A DNA stretch of 64,000 nt from Thecamonas trahens ATCC 50062 (lineage: Eukaryota; Protista; Apusomonadida): contig NW_013657677.1 of the NCBI RefSeq assembly GCF_000142905.1, forward strand, positions 434,001 through 498,000, in the 5' to 3' direction. Within the stretch, counting starts at the first letter, position 1. Every line of letters starts with the position of its first letter. Shown here piece by piece: positions 41,906-52,475 of the stretch. The notes under the pieces were generated by a model that had not been told where the DNA came from, did no database searches, and saw only the letters and a program-made list of their open reading frames with translations. The position numbers and the translations under genes were made by a program.

Positions 41906-42547
41906 CCATCGACCTACCCCTGCCCGTGCTCGCTCCCTGTAAAGTGCTTGGCTGCCAGCAGGCGGCGGGTCTTCTCCCGCGCCGCCGCGATCCTCCTGCT
42001 CCCTCCCACCGTCCCCACCGCCCCGACATCCTCGCTGCTCTGCGTGCTGCCTCCAGAGCTCGGCGGCGCTGCGAGCGCAGCACGGACGACCCGCATCTGC
42101 TCAACCACCGAGCCCGAGCCGGCCACCGGCCGGAGAGCACTGACCGGACGCCACCAACCGCCACCTTTGCCACCCAAGCCGCGTGCCGCACCACTCCCAT
42201 CGAGCAAATGAAGACAGATGCGGGTGCCGGTGCCGTAGTGTCGGTCGCCCGCCGTCGTCCCGACTCGGTCCCGTCGCAATCATGTGGTCGGGCATGTCGC
42301 GCTGCCGGCTGCGGGGGCCACGGGACCGGCGATGAGCGCAGACACACGGATCCCGCCCCCCTTCTGTTGCCATGTCTAGCTTTATGTGGCCATGTGTGGC
42401 CATGATGCCTCCAATCGCCGCCCCCCCCCCTCCTCCTCTGCGCCAGCCCGGCGTACCCTCTGCCTCCTTGTTGGCGCCAACCGCGGCCACCAGCCACTCT
42501 CTCACGCCGACGCTCTCCACCGACACACCCCTCGCCCTCCCCACACC

Positions 42548-45500
42548 ATGGAAGGGGCACATGCAAGGGTGCCTCCAAACAGCCGGTCGGCGCTTGTGCT
42601 GCGCGACGCATGGGGTGGGCTTCCTGACGCACCCTTTGCCGCTGCCGCCGACGGGCGCGCGCTGACCATCGCTGTGGGCGTGGGCGCTGCAGCGGTGGTG
42701 TGGACGCTCACGAGATCCGCGGCATGCGCAAAGGCCATGGTTGCTCCTCCATCAGAACTCCAGCTTGTGCCGCAAGTGGATGCTCGGCGAGACACCGAGC
42801 TGCCGCCAGTCGTGCCGCCGTCGCCGACGCTGGCGCTCATCCTTCCGCCGCGCGACGACCTGCTTGTTGCCGTGGCGGCCGCAGGCACCCTAAGCGTCTA
42901 CTGCACACGGACTGCGGCGCTTGTGAGCTCGCTGGAACTGGCACCGCCATCGTTGCGGGCTGATCCGGCCGCAGGCCTGCGGCCGACCGCTGCGATTGCT
43001 GGCGTCGCGCACTGCACCTTTGAGCCATCGGGCGTGACCGTGCTCGCCATTGCGGTCCGCGGCGAGCTTGTGCTCGCGGTGCTCGACGATCCAGCCGGTG
43101 ACATTCTCCTCTTCCCAGCGATCCCGCTCCCGGCGCCGTTTTCATCGCAGGTGCCGTTGGCTGGCACCTGCATGGCAATGGCGCCACGTGAGTCCTCAGC
43201 GCTGTGGATCGGACTGCTCGGCGGCGGCGCGCTGGTCGAGGTCATTGTTCCGCTCCCGCTGCCCGACCGGGCCTCGATGCCTGATGCGCTGAAAAGAGTG
43301 CAAGTAGGGCGGCGGATCGCGCCAGAGGTGGCCAGTGTGCCCGGTGCCACTCTTGGCTTTGCACCCAGCGCCGGTCCGTTTGTGGCGTCGTCCGACGGCC
43401 GTGTGGTTGACGCTCACGGGCGCGAGCTCGAGCTCGATCTCGAGCTGGCAGGTTACAGCCGCGACCAGGTCCGCTCCGCAGTAGTGGTAGCTGGCGCGTA
43501 CAGCGTTCTCGCACTCACACTTGACGACAATCGGCTGGTTGTTGCGAGTGCTGCGTCTTGTGAGGCGCTGCACGACGTTGTTGTGAGCCTTGACGCCGGC
43601 GCGGTCGTGGAGACTGTGTCGGCATGTGGGCCAGAGTGGCTGGTTGTTCAGACATCGACTGGCGCCATGCACGCGTATTGCGCAGAGAGCCGAGCGTGGA
43701 CAGGCATTCCGCTGTCGTGGCCGGCCGAAGGCGCACAGCTCGGTGCAGCCGATGGTGTTGGCGTTGTCCTCTTTGGCAGCGGCGAGGTTGTGCAGGCGTG
43801 GGCGCGTCGCGGCGGGCGGCTGCAGTATGTGCGCGGTGATATGCGCGGGACAGTGGCGCCGAGCCTGGTGGCGGGCGGGGGTCGTGGCCTGAGCAAGACC
43901 GTCGAGGCTGCGGCTGCCGCCTTTCTCTCTCCACAGTATTTGGTGACCGGCGACGGCTCAGGCTACATCCGCCTCCTGGCACTTGACGGGCCACAGGCGC
44001 AGTGTGTGGCGACAGCGCGCCTGGCGTCTGGATACGGTGTCGTTGCGCTCGCCGCTAGCGCGCGCACCAGTGTCCACGCCGCCACCTTTGTCACCCTTGA
44101 CGCCGCGCACACGCTGAGTGTGTGGTCGGCATCTGAGGTCCCTGCGCTCGCGCAGCGGGCGACAGTGCGGCTGGGTGAGCCCGGGGCGGCAGCTGATGCG
44201 GCGGCGTGGGCAGCAGTGCCAACGCAGATCACACCCCTCGCCCCAGCGCCGTTTCTCGCTATGGTGCCGATGGCGGCCGGCAATGTCCGTGCCGCGCTTG
44301 CGCCGCTCGGAGCACGCGAGCACATTCTTGTCTCGCGTGACGCCAGCTGCCTCATCCACTACGGCGTGAGTGGGATTGGCGGCGATGCTGAGCTTGTCCG
44401 ACTCGCCAGCTACGAGACCAACGAGGTGTGGGCTGGTTGGCAGGTAGTGACCGGCACTGCTCTGGCTGCTGCGATTGAGCTGGCAGTCGGTGGCACGCTC
44501 ACGCTTACGCTGGTGGATCTGAGCCAACTTGCTGTTGTCCGGCGTGTCGAGCTTGCGCTTCTTCCTCGCTCGTTCTCGACCGGCCTGCATACCTTTCGAT
44601 GGGCGCTACATCCGCTTTCGCTCGGCATTCTGGTCCTCGTGCGCAACGGTGAACCGTGGGTCCTGGACAGCACCGGCGTCTCGCCGTTCCCCACCGCTGC
44701 GTCGGGGCACATTGTTGATGTCCGCTACGTTCGCAAGGTCTCGGGCGGGCTCGCAGTAGTCGCCGTAGACGCCGATGGTGTGCTCTGGATCCATGCACCT
44801 GGTACCAGCGGTCCATGTCCAGCATGGGCGTCGACCGATCAGGCGCTGGCACTCATGGCGGCGGCGTTTGAGCCGGTCGGCGGGCACTGGGGCGGGGATC
44901 TAGGGGCAGACGCAGCCGGTAGCTATCGCTGCGAGGGTCAAGTAGAGGAAGGAAGCGACGGCAGGTCTCAGGGCTGGTATGGCCCGGACAGGGTCGGGGC
45001 CGACGGTCGCAGCGGTCATGGCGGGCACACTGGCGGAATGGGGCCTGGGTTCGGTCCGCCGTTCCACTTTGGAAGCCATCCTGGCTTGTATCCAGGAGGC
45101 TGGGGCCATGCCGGAGGCTTGAGCGTTGGTGCTGGCGACGGCCACAGCGTCCAGACTGCGACGGGCCGAAGCAACCAAGGTCTTGCTACAGGCGGTGGCC
45201 ATGGGTCCGCCGGCCATAGTGTCCAGCCTGGGCCACACACCAGCGACCGGGACGATGGTGCTGGCGGCGGCCACAGCGTCCAGACCGCGACGGGCCGAAG
45301 CAACCAAGGTCCCACTGCAGGCGGTGGCTATGTACCCGACGACCATTGCGTGCAACCCGACATCCATCAGGATGCTGTCGCAGATGTGAAGACCCAGATC
45401 ACCCCGCGCGACGATCCTCTGATGGGAACCAGCCATGGTGCTCAGGAGCGAGCATCAGCCATGGCATCGTCTTCAGCAGCAACGGCGAGCGAAAGTGTGA

Positions 45501-45708
45501 CCTCTCTGAGATCGTCTGGTACACGCGATGCAAACCAGGCTTCCCTGCCGAGGGCGGTGTCGTTTGATGACGGACCGCGACAGGGTACGGCCAGCGTGCC
45601 GCGGACCGTGGCTGAAGCCAAACCAGAGAACATGCAGCGCGCGACCGGCCGTAGGGCTCCGTCTGCTAGCCCAGCCCCCGTTCCACCGCTGTTGCCGTCA
45701 CCGTCACC

Positions 45709-45739
<31 letters not shown>

Positions 45740-48700
45740 GCACCCGGGCCACAGGCACCACCACCGCTCGACCTGGATGGGATGGCTGCAGACGTGGCAC
45801 GCGGACGCGAGGTGGCAGACGAACTGCTCACCGTCTCGATTCCGTCATCCGAATCTGGCGAGTTTGTGGCACAGTTCTCGGCGCTGGTGGAGGAGACCGG
45901 CACTGCGTTGACCACACTCCGTAACGCGCTCGGCAAGGCTAACGACGCCGACGTCACCCACGCCAACGAGCGCTGGGCATCACTGCGGCACGCACTCCCA
46001 CAGGCACTGGCGCTCGCCAACGACATCCATTCGGCAGCGGCAGCATCAGTCTACTCTCGCCCAGCCTCGTCGGCGTCGCGGGCGCACTCACGCGCATCTT
46101 ACACCTCAGCCGGCTCCACCGTCAACGACGATGCTGACCTCAACTCGCTGCTGGGCTCTGTGGACGTGCTCAGCTTCTACCACTCGGCAGCCGTCGAGCC
46201 TTGGCTAGACGACACCACCACAGTCAACACGCTCCCGTCGATTGCGTCGTCGGGAACCGGCTCAGCCCGGTCGCGATCGACGTTTGTTGCGCGGGCGGGC
46301 GAGACGCTAGGCGCACTGGCGCAGTTTGGCGACAACTCTCGGGCTGACGATCTGGCGCGTGCCATCTCAGCGGCCATTGGCTCCAAGAGTCATCTGCGCC
46401 TTTTCGGTGCTCTCGAGGCTGCCGAAGCTTTCTTGACGCCTCGTATGCCAAGTATGTTACAGCCGCTGATGTTGTCGACGTCGAGTCCAGGATGGCTGAG
46501 TCTGTCGGAGCCACTGGCAGCGCTGCTGTGGCACTCGATGCCATGCGCTCGGCCCATGACCGCATCCTCACACTCAAGCTCGTGGATGTTGTTCCCTCGA
46601 CACCTGAGCAGGCCGCCGCCGTTGCTGCCTGGTTTGCGGCCAAAGACAAGCTTGCGATTGCGACGGCTGCCAGCCTCGGATCGCGGATGGTGACCTCTGC
46701 CGACGTCGCCGACGCCAAGACCAAGATGGCCAGCGTCAGCACGACGGATGCAGCCGTTGCTATGCAGGCCGCCCAGGCCAGCATCGACGGTCTCGACCTT
46801 GTCGACACGGTGCCCACAACGGCAGACCAGGTTGCGGCCGTGGACGCGTGGTTTGCTGCCAAGGACAACCTGGATGCGGCGGCTGCCAGCCTCGGATCGC
46901 GGATGGTGACCTCTGCCGACGTCGCCGACGCCAAGACCAAGATGGCCAGCGTCAGCACGACGGATGCAGCCGTTGCTATGCAGGCCGCCCAGGCCAGCAT
47001 CGACGGTCTCGACCTCGTCGACACGGTGCCCACAACGGCAGACCAGGTTGCGGCCGTGGACGCGTGGTTTGCTGCCAAGGACAACCTGGATGCGGCGGCT
47101 GCCAGCCTCGGATCGCGGATGGTGACCTCTGCCGACGTCGCCGACGCCAAGACCAAGATGGCCAGCGTCAGCACGACGGATGCAGCCGTTGCTATGCAGG
47201 CCGCCCAGGCCAGCATCAACGGTCTCGACCTCGTCGACACGGTGCCCACAACGGCAGACCAGGTTGCGGCCGTGGACGCGTGGTTTGCTGCCAAGGACAA
47301 CCTGGATGCGGCGGCTGCCAGCCTCGGATCGCGGATGGTGACCTCTGCCGACGTCGCGACGCCAAGACCAGATGGCTAGCGTCAGCANNNNNNNNNNNNN
47401 NNNNNNNNNNNNNNNNNNNNNNNNNNNNNNNNNNNNNNNNNNNNNNNNNNNNNNNNNNNNNNNNNNNNNNNNNNNNNNNNNNNNNNNNNNNNNNNNNNNN
47501 NNNNNNNNNNNNNNNNNNNNNNNNNNNNNNNNNNNNNNNNNNNNNNNNNNNNNNNNNNNNNNNNNNNNNNNNNNNNNNNNNNNNNNNNNNNNNNNNNNNN
47601 NNNNNNNNNNNNNNNNNNNNNNNNNNNNNNNNNNNNNNNNNNNNNNNNNNNNNNNNNNNNNNNNNNNNNNNNNNNNNNNNNNNNNNNNNNNNNNNNNNNN
47701 NNNNNNNNNNNNNNNNNNNNNNNNNNNNNNNNNNNNNNNNNNNNNNNNNNNNNNNNNNNNNNNNNNNNNNNNNNNNNNNNNNNNNNNNNNNNNNNNNNNN
47801 NNNNNNNNNNNNNNNNNNNNNNNNNNNNNNNNNNNNNNNNNNNNNNNNNNNNNNNNNNNNNNNNNNNNNNNNNNNNNNNNNNNNNNNNNNNNNACGGCAG
47901 ACCAGGTTGCGGCCGTGGACGCGTGGTTTGCTGCCAAGGACAACCTGGATGCGGCGGCTGCCAGCCTCGGATCGCGGATGGTGACCTCTGCCGACGTCGC
48001 CGACGCCAAGACCAAGATGGCTAGCGTCAGCACGACGGATGCAGCCGTTGCTATGCAGGCCGCCCAGGCCAGCATCGACGGTCTCGACCTCGTCGACACG
48101 GTGCCCACAACGGCAGACCAGGTTGCGGCCGTGGACGCGTGGTTTGCTGCCAAGGACAACCTGGATGCGGCGGCTGCCAGCCTCGGATCGCGGATGGTGA
48201 CCTCTGCCGACGTCGCCGACGCCAAGACCAAGATGGCCAGCGTCAGCACGACGGATGCAGCCGTTGCTATGCAGGCCGCCCAGGCCAGCATCGACGGTCT
48301 CGACCTCGTCGACACGGTGCCCACAACGGCAGACCAGGTTGCGGCCGTGGACGCGTGGTTTGCTGCCAAGGACAACCTGGATGCGGCGGCTGCCAGCCTC
48401 GGATCGCGGATGGTGACCTCTGCTGACGCGTCCGATGCACATGCCAAGCTAGCTCGCCTTGCTTCCAACCCAGCCGCGGCACCAATCCTCTCTGGCATGC
48501 AGGCAGCTCATGCACTGATCCAAACGCTCGAGCTCGTTGACGTCTCGCCGTCATCGGCCGACGAGGCCGCCGCTGTGGCCGGATGGTTCGAGTCCAAGGC
48601 CGATCTTGACGCTGCGGCAGCTGTTGCGGCATCGGGCCTGATTGTGACCACCGCTGACGTCTCCGCCGCCGACGCATCTACCACCGAGCTCGAGAAGCTG

Positions 48701-49504
48701 GCAGCGTTTATGGCCTCTACTTCTGCGACCGGGCCTACGCAACGCCTGGCTCGCGCGGTTGACACGATGCGGGAGGTCCAGTCCCAGGTCAACGACGCAG
48801 GACTGGTTGACCTCGCTCCGGTGACGCAAGCACAGGCTGCACTGACTGCACACTGGTTTGCGACGCGCGACAAGCTTGTCGCCGCAGGCGAGGCAGCGCG
48901 CGCTGCGGCTGCCGACGACATAGCGCAGCTGGTCATGTACTCACCACGTCGCGAGCGTGCGTACGAATCGTTGCTGCGCAAAGCGCCCTCAGTTTTGGGC
49001 AAGGCACGACGGGCGGTGGCCGGCAAAAAGCCAGTTGACGATGCAGCAGCAGATGCAGATCCTGCAGTTGAAGCGCTCCGGGCGGCCTTGGCTGCCATCG
49101 CCACGTTCCCTGGGCCGTCACCCCGGCGCGTGCCGCAGGAGCTCATAGCTGCTGCCGAGGACGCCGCGTCAGCGCTGCGCACAAAGCTCGACAGCGAAGT
49201 CAAGGCTGCGCGGCGGGTTGAGGCCAAAGCGCGGCTGGAACGCGAGCGCCGCGAGCGCCAGCTCAAGGCCAAGACCGAGGCCGAAGCCCGCGAGGCGGCT
49301 GCACTTGAAGAGGCACGTCTGATGGCCGAGACGGTACGAGCCGCGGCGGCGGCGCGCATGGCGGAGCGCCAGCTACCCGAAATCGGGGAGGTTGACCCTT
49401 CGGCGTCGATGGGCTGGCGAAAGGAGATCAAGCTCGACCCGTCCGAGCTCAACGCACTCTACCACCGCAAGGTCTTCCTCGAGACCAAGGGAACGAAAGA
49501 GTAG
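42548..49504 (+). CDS. Giant (about 2300 aa) hypothetical protein: degenerate beta-propeller region, Gly/His-rich linker, 72-aa helical tandem repeats, coiled-coil tail
   Basis: ORFs 42386..46693, 46492..47379 and 47372..49504 join if one base is restored at about 46430 and across the gap-edge region near 47358. WD-like LVTGDGSGYIRLLAL and LDAAHTLSVWS. Confidence 0.65.
46665..48425 (+). repeat. 216-bp (72-aa) near-identical coding tandem repeat spanning an N gap
   Basis: GGCAGACCAG at 46821, 47037 and 47253; unit ADQVAAVDAWFAAKDNLDAAAASLGSRMVTSADVADAKTKMASVSTTDAAVAMQAAQASIDGLDLVDTVPTT. Confidence 0.95.
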
Positions 49505-49510
49505 TATGTG

Positions 49511-50503
49511 TCACATGAACCCATTCGCCACATACCACTCGTGGGCCGAGTCGAGGATGTCGTCCAGCGTTGGGACGGTGTAGCCAAGCGCGGCTGCAGC
49601 CCCGCTGGAGTCGACTTCATGAGAGATGGACATGTACCGCGCCTGACCGGGATTGAGCTCCGGGTGCACGCGACTCACCCAAGTCGCCCACAGCTCGACA
49701 ACCCATGCATAGCCAACGAGCGCAAACTGCGGCAGCACGCATCGTGGTGGCGGCACTTCGACTCGGCGGGCGATGGCGGCAAAGACCTCCGCGTACGACA
49801 CGTTGTGGCCTCCGAGCGCAAAAGCGCGGCCGCCCACAAGATCGGCTGGTGCTGTTGCTGCCGCGAGGTGTGCTGCCGCCACCGCGCGAACGCATGCCAC
49901 CGACGTTCCGCCGCAGGGAATGGCCGGCACGTCGCCGGCGGCCAGGTTGATGAAGAGCCGGCCAAACTGGAGGGTAAAGTCGTACGGGCCGACGAGCATG
50001 CCGGGCCGGAGCGCGACAACACACATCAGCGGCGAGTCGGCGGCGAGCGCCTCGGCCTCGGCCTCTCTCTTGGTCTCGCCATAGTTGTAGTCGGCCGGCA
50101 TCGGCTCGAGCTCGACATCGGCGGTCGAGGTGTGGATCAGGCGCGGGATGCCTGCTGCACGCGCTGCGGCGATGACATTGCGGGTCCCGCCGATGTTGAT
50201 GGCGGCCTGTCGGGCGTAGAGCGGCTTCCAGAACGAAGTGTCGCCACAAAGATGGAAGACAACATCAATCGGGACCGGATTGCCCCCACCTGGCGGCGGT
50301 CGCGGCGCGAGCGCAGCCGCCACATCCTCGGCGTCGGTGATGTCGCCGGCCACAAAGGTGGCCTTGGCGCACGGCGCAAGGTATTGCGTCTCGGAGCCCG
50401 GGAGACCAAAGACCGTCACCTGGGCCACGGCATCACTAGCCTCCAGCACCTGCGCAAGGTTTGCCCCCAGAAAGCCCGTCCCGCCGGTCACTGCCGCATG
50501 CAT
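49511..50503 (-). CDS. Extended SDR, NAD-dependent epimerase/dehydratase (HpnA/DFR-like)
   Basis: VTGGTGFLG, GDIT, NIGGTRNV, HTST, YGETK, LRPGMLVGP. Confidence 0.9.
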   Translation of the reverse strand: MHAAVTGGTGFLGANLAQVLEASDAVAQVTVFGLPGSETQYLAPCAKATFVAGDITDAEDVAAALAPRPPPGGGNPVPIDVVFHLCGDTSFWKPLYARQAAINIGGTRNVIAAARAAGIPRLIHTSTADVELEPMPADYNYGETKREAEAEALAADSPLMCVVALRPGMLVGPYDFTLQFGRLFINLAAGDVPAIPCGGTSVACVRAVAAAHLAAATAPADLVGGRAFALGGHNVSYAEVFAAIARRVEVPPPRCVLPQFALVGYAWVVELWATWVSRVHPELNPGQARYMSISHEVDSSGAAAALGYTVPTLDDILDSAHEWYVANGFM

Positions 50504-50641
50504 GACTGGGTGGCGACAGGTGTGCGTGTATGTGTGTGGTGGGGCGACAGGTGCGCGGCAGCCATTTACCGCATCATGCTCAGACGTGTCGAGATCCAAT
50601 GACCCCGCATAGGCACCGCATCGCCACCGACGGGAGAAAGA

Positions 50642-51031
50642 TCAGGCGTAGATGGGAACTTTGGTGATGCGCAGGTGGATGTCGCCACCTGTAGGCTCGT
50701 TGTCGCGGCCCAGGAGTGGCTCCCACACGTCGCGGACGTCGTCGTCGGCGTTGGAGAGGGCGATCTTGACCGAGCCGAGAAAGTCGTCGGCCGTGAGGGT
50801 GTCCTTGTCCCACACCTCGACCATGACAAAGTTCTGCCGCTCCGGAGTAGCAAACACGGCGTCCCACACGGGATCGGAGGTACGGTGAGTCACCGCCGTC
50901 CGCTCCTCCTCGCCCGTCGACCAGTACAGCACGGCGTACGGGTCCGACCCTCCCGCCACATCGCTGCTCCGCAGACTCCGCGCCCCAGCCACCGCCACCT
51001 CCCACGAGTATCCAGTCACAAAGCCTGCCAT
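50642..51031 (-). CDS. Single C2-domain protein
   Basis: SDPYAV, DPVWDAVF, VEVWDKDTLTADDFLG (Ca-binding Asp residues retained). Confidence 0.88.
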   Translation of the reverse strand: MAGFVTGYSWEVAVAGARSLRSSDVAGGSDPYAVLYWSTGEEERTAVTHRTSDPVWDAVFATPERQNFVMVEVWDKDTLTADDFLGSVKIALSNADDDVRDVWEPLLGRDNEPTGGDIHLRITKVPIYA

Positions 51032-51155
51032 GTATGCTCTCCGAACCTGTCCACTGAGCCAAGTCTGCACGTCGCTGGCTGTTCCCGCACCACCTCCCAC
51101 TCTCTGTCTCGAAAGCGGAGCAGAAGCACATGGTGTGCGGGCAACCGGGCTGCAG

Positions 51156-51253
51156 CCAGCCGATGACCAGCCGATGACCAGCCGATGGCCAGCCGATGAC
51201 CAGCCGATGGCCAGCCGATGGCCAGCCGATGGCCAGCCGATGGCCAGCTATGG
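51156..51253. repeat. 11-bp minisatellite CCAGCCGATG(A/G), 8 full copies plus one partial
   Basis: Directly visible; no spacers. Confidence 0.92.
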
Positions 51254-51492
51254 TCTGATTGCNNNNNNNNNNNNNNNNNNNNNNNNNNNNNNNNNNNNNN
51301 NNNNNNNNNNNNNNNNNNNNNNNNNNNNNNNNNNNNNNNNNNNNNNNNNNNNNNNNNNNNNNCCCCCCCCCCCCCCCCCCCCCCTTCCTCCTTCGGCACG
51401 ATCCGTCCACGCCCACCACACTCCACGCCCACCACGCCCACGCCCACTCCCCCACTCGACACCCACGCCCACGCCTTTCCCGCCCCCTACGC

Positions 51493-52455
51493 ATGGAAGA
51501 CCCCGTTGTGATCACAGCATGTGCGGTGCTCGCAGCTTTGATGGCTCTGGTGGCCTGGCTGATGTTCCGCCCTCATGGCTCTGACCCCGCCGCTGCTCTC
51601 GACCCGGACTACATCCGCTTGGAGGAGGCCCGTATGGCTGCCGTCCTCGACGATCCGCAGGCCGACTCGCTTGCCCTCCCCAACCTGCCCACCACCCCTG
51701 TCGATCCGGTTGCGGCAGATGCCGCCGCCGCCGCCGCTCTCGATGCCGGCCTGGTCCTTGCTGCTCGATCCGGGCGCCCGCCGCTCAAGGCTCTACTCTT
51801 CCTCCACGGCCTCGGTGACTCGGGCCGGGCGTGGACTGCCCGTGCTGCTCGCTGGCAGGAGAGCCTACCTGATCTGGCGGTGGTCCTTCCGAGCGCGCCA
51901 GCGATGGCGGTGACGGCTGCCTCAGGCATGTCGCTCCCCGCGTGGTACGACGTACTCTCGATGCGGGTCGACGGGCCGCAGGCGGCCGATTCGATCCGTG
52001 CCGGCGCCGAGATGGTACGGGCCATGGTGGCCAAGGTGGCAGAGGATCTGGGCCTTCCCCAAAGTGCGATATTGGTTGCAGGCTTCTCCATGGGCGCAGC
52101 GCTGGCCCTTTTTGCTGCGCTGGAGACCCGGTTGCTCGGCGCACCGCATCGCGGCGGCCATCTGGTAGCCGTCGGCGTCCTCTCAGGCTACCTCCCGCTG
52201 CACACCCTCGTGGCGAGCGCCAAGGCGCGGCGGCGCGGACAGCCCGAGTGGCAGCGAGCACTGCCACCGCTGGCGGTGTTCATGGCACACGGCGCCCGTG
52301 ACGCGGTGGTGCCGCTGCAGGCGGCGGCGGCGTCAGCGCGGGCGCTGGAGCGCGAGCCGTGGATCGAGCTCGAGTTCTTTACAGTTCGCGGCTGCGGGCA
52401 CGAGACGTGCACGGCCGAGGAGTTAGAGTTTGTGCGATGGCTCGGAGCACGGTGA
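51493..52455 (+). CDS. Acyl-protein thioesterase / lysophospholipase-like hydrolase with N-terminal TM anchor
   Basis: FLHGLGDSG, PAWYDV, GFSMG, LSGYL, HGARDAVV, GH (Ser-Asp-His triad). Confidence 0.9.
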   Translation: MEDPVVITACAVLAALMALVAWLMFRPHGSDPAAALDPDYIRLEEARMAAVLDDPQADSLALPNLPTTPVDPVAADAAAAAALDAGLVLAARSGRPPLKALLFLHGLGDSGRAWTARAARWQESLPDLAVVLPSAPAMAVTAASGMSLPAWYDVLSMRVDGPQAADSIRAGAEMVRAMVAKVAEDLGLPQSAILVAGFSMGAALALFAALETRLLGAPHRGGHLVAVGVLSGYLPLHTLVASAKARRRGQPEWQRALPPLAVFMAHGARDAVVPLQAAAASARALEREPWIELEFFTVRGCGHETCTAEELEFVRWLGAR

Positions 52456-52475
52456 GCCGTGCCTGTATTTCTGGC

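Noticed and set aside
41914-42403. Possible small minus-strand gene between MAPEG and the giant repeat gene
   Set aside because: No consistent frame or recognisable motif; cannot be supported
51156-51253. Short direct repeats as a possible CRISPR array
   Set aside because: Contiguous 11-mers with no spacers, no cas genes, eukaryotic context
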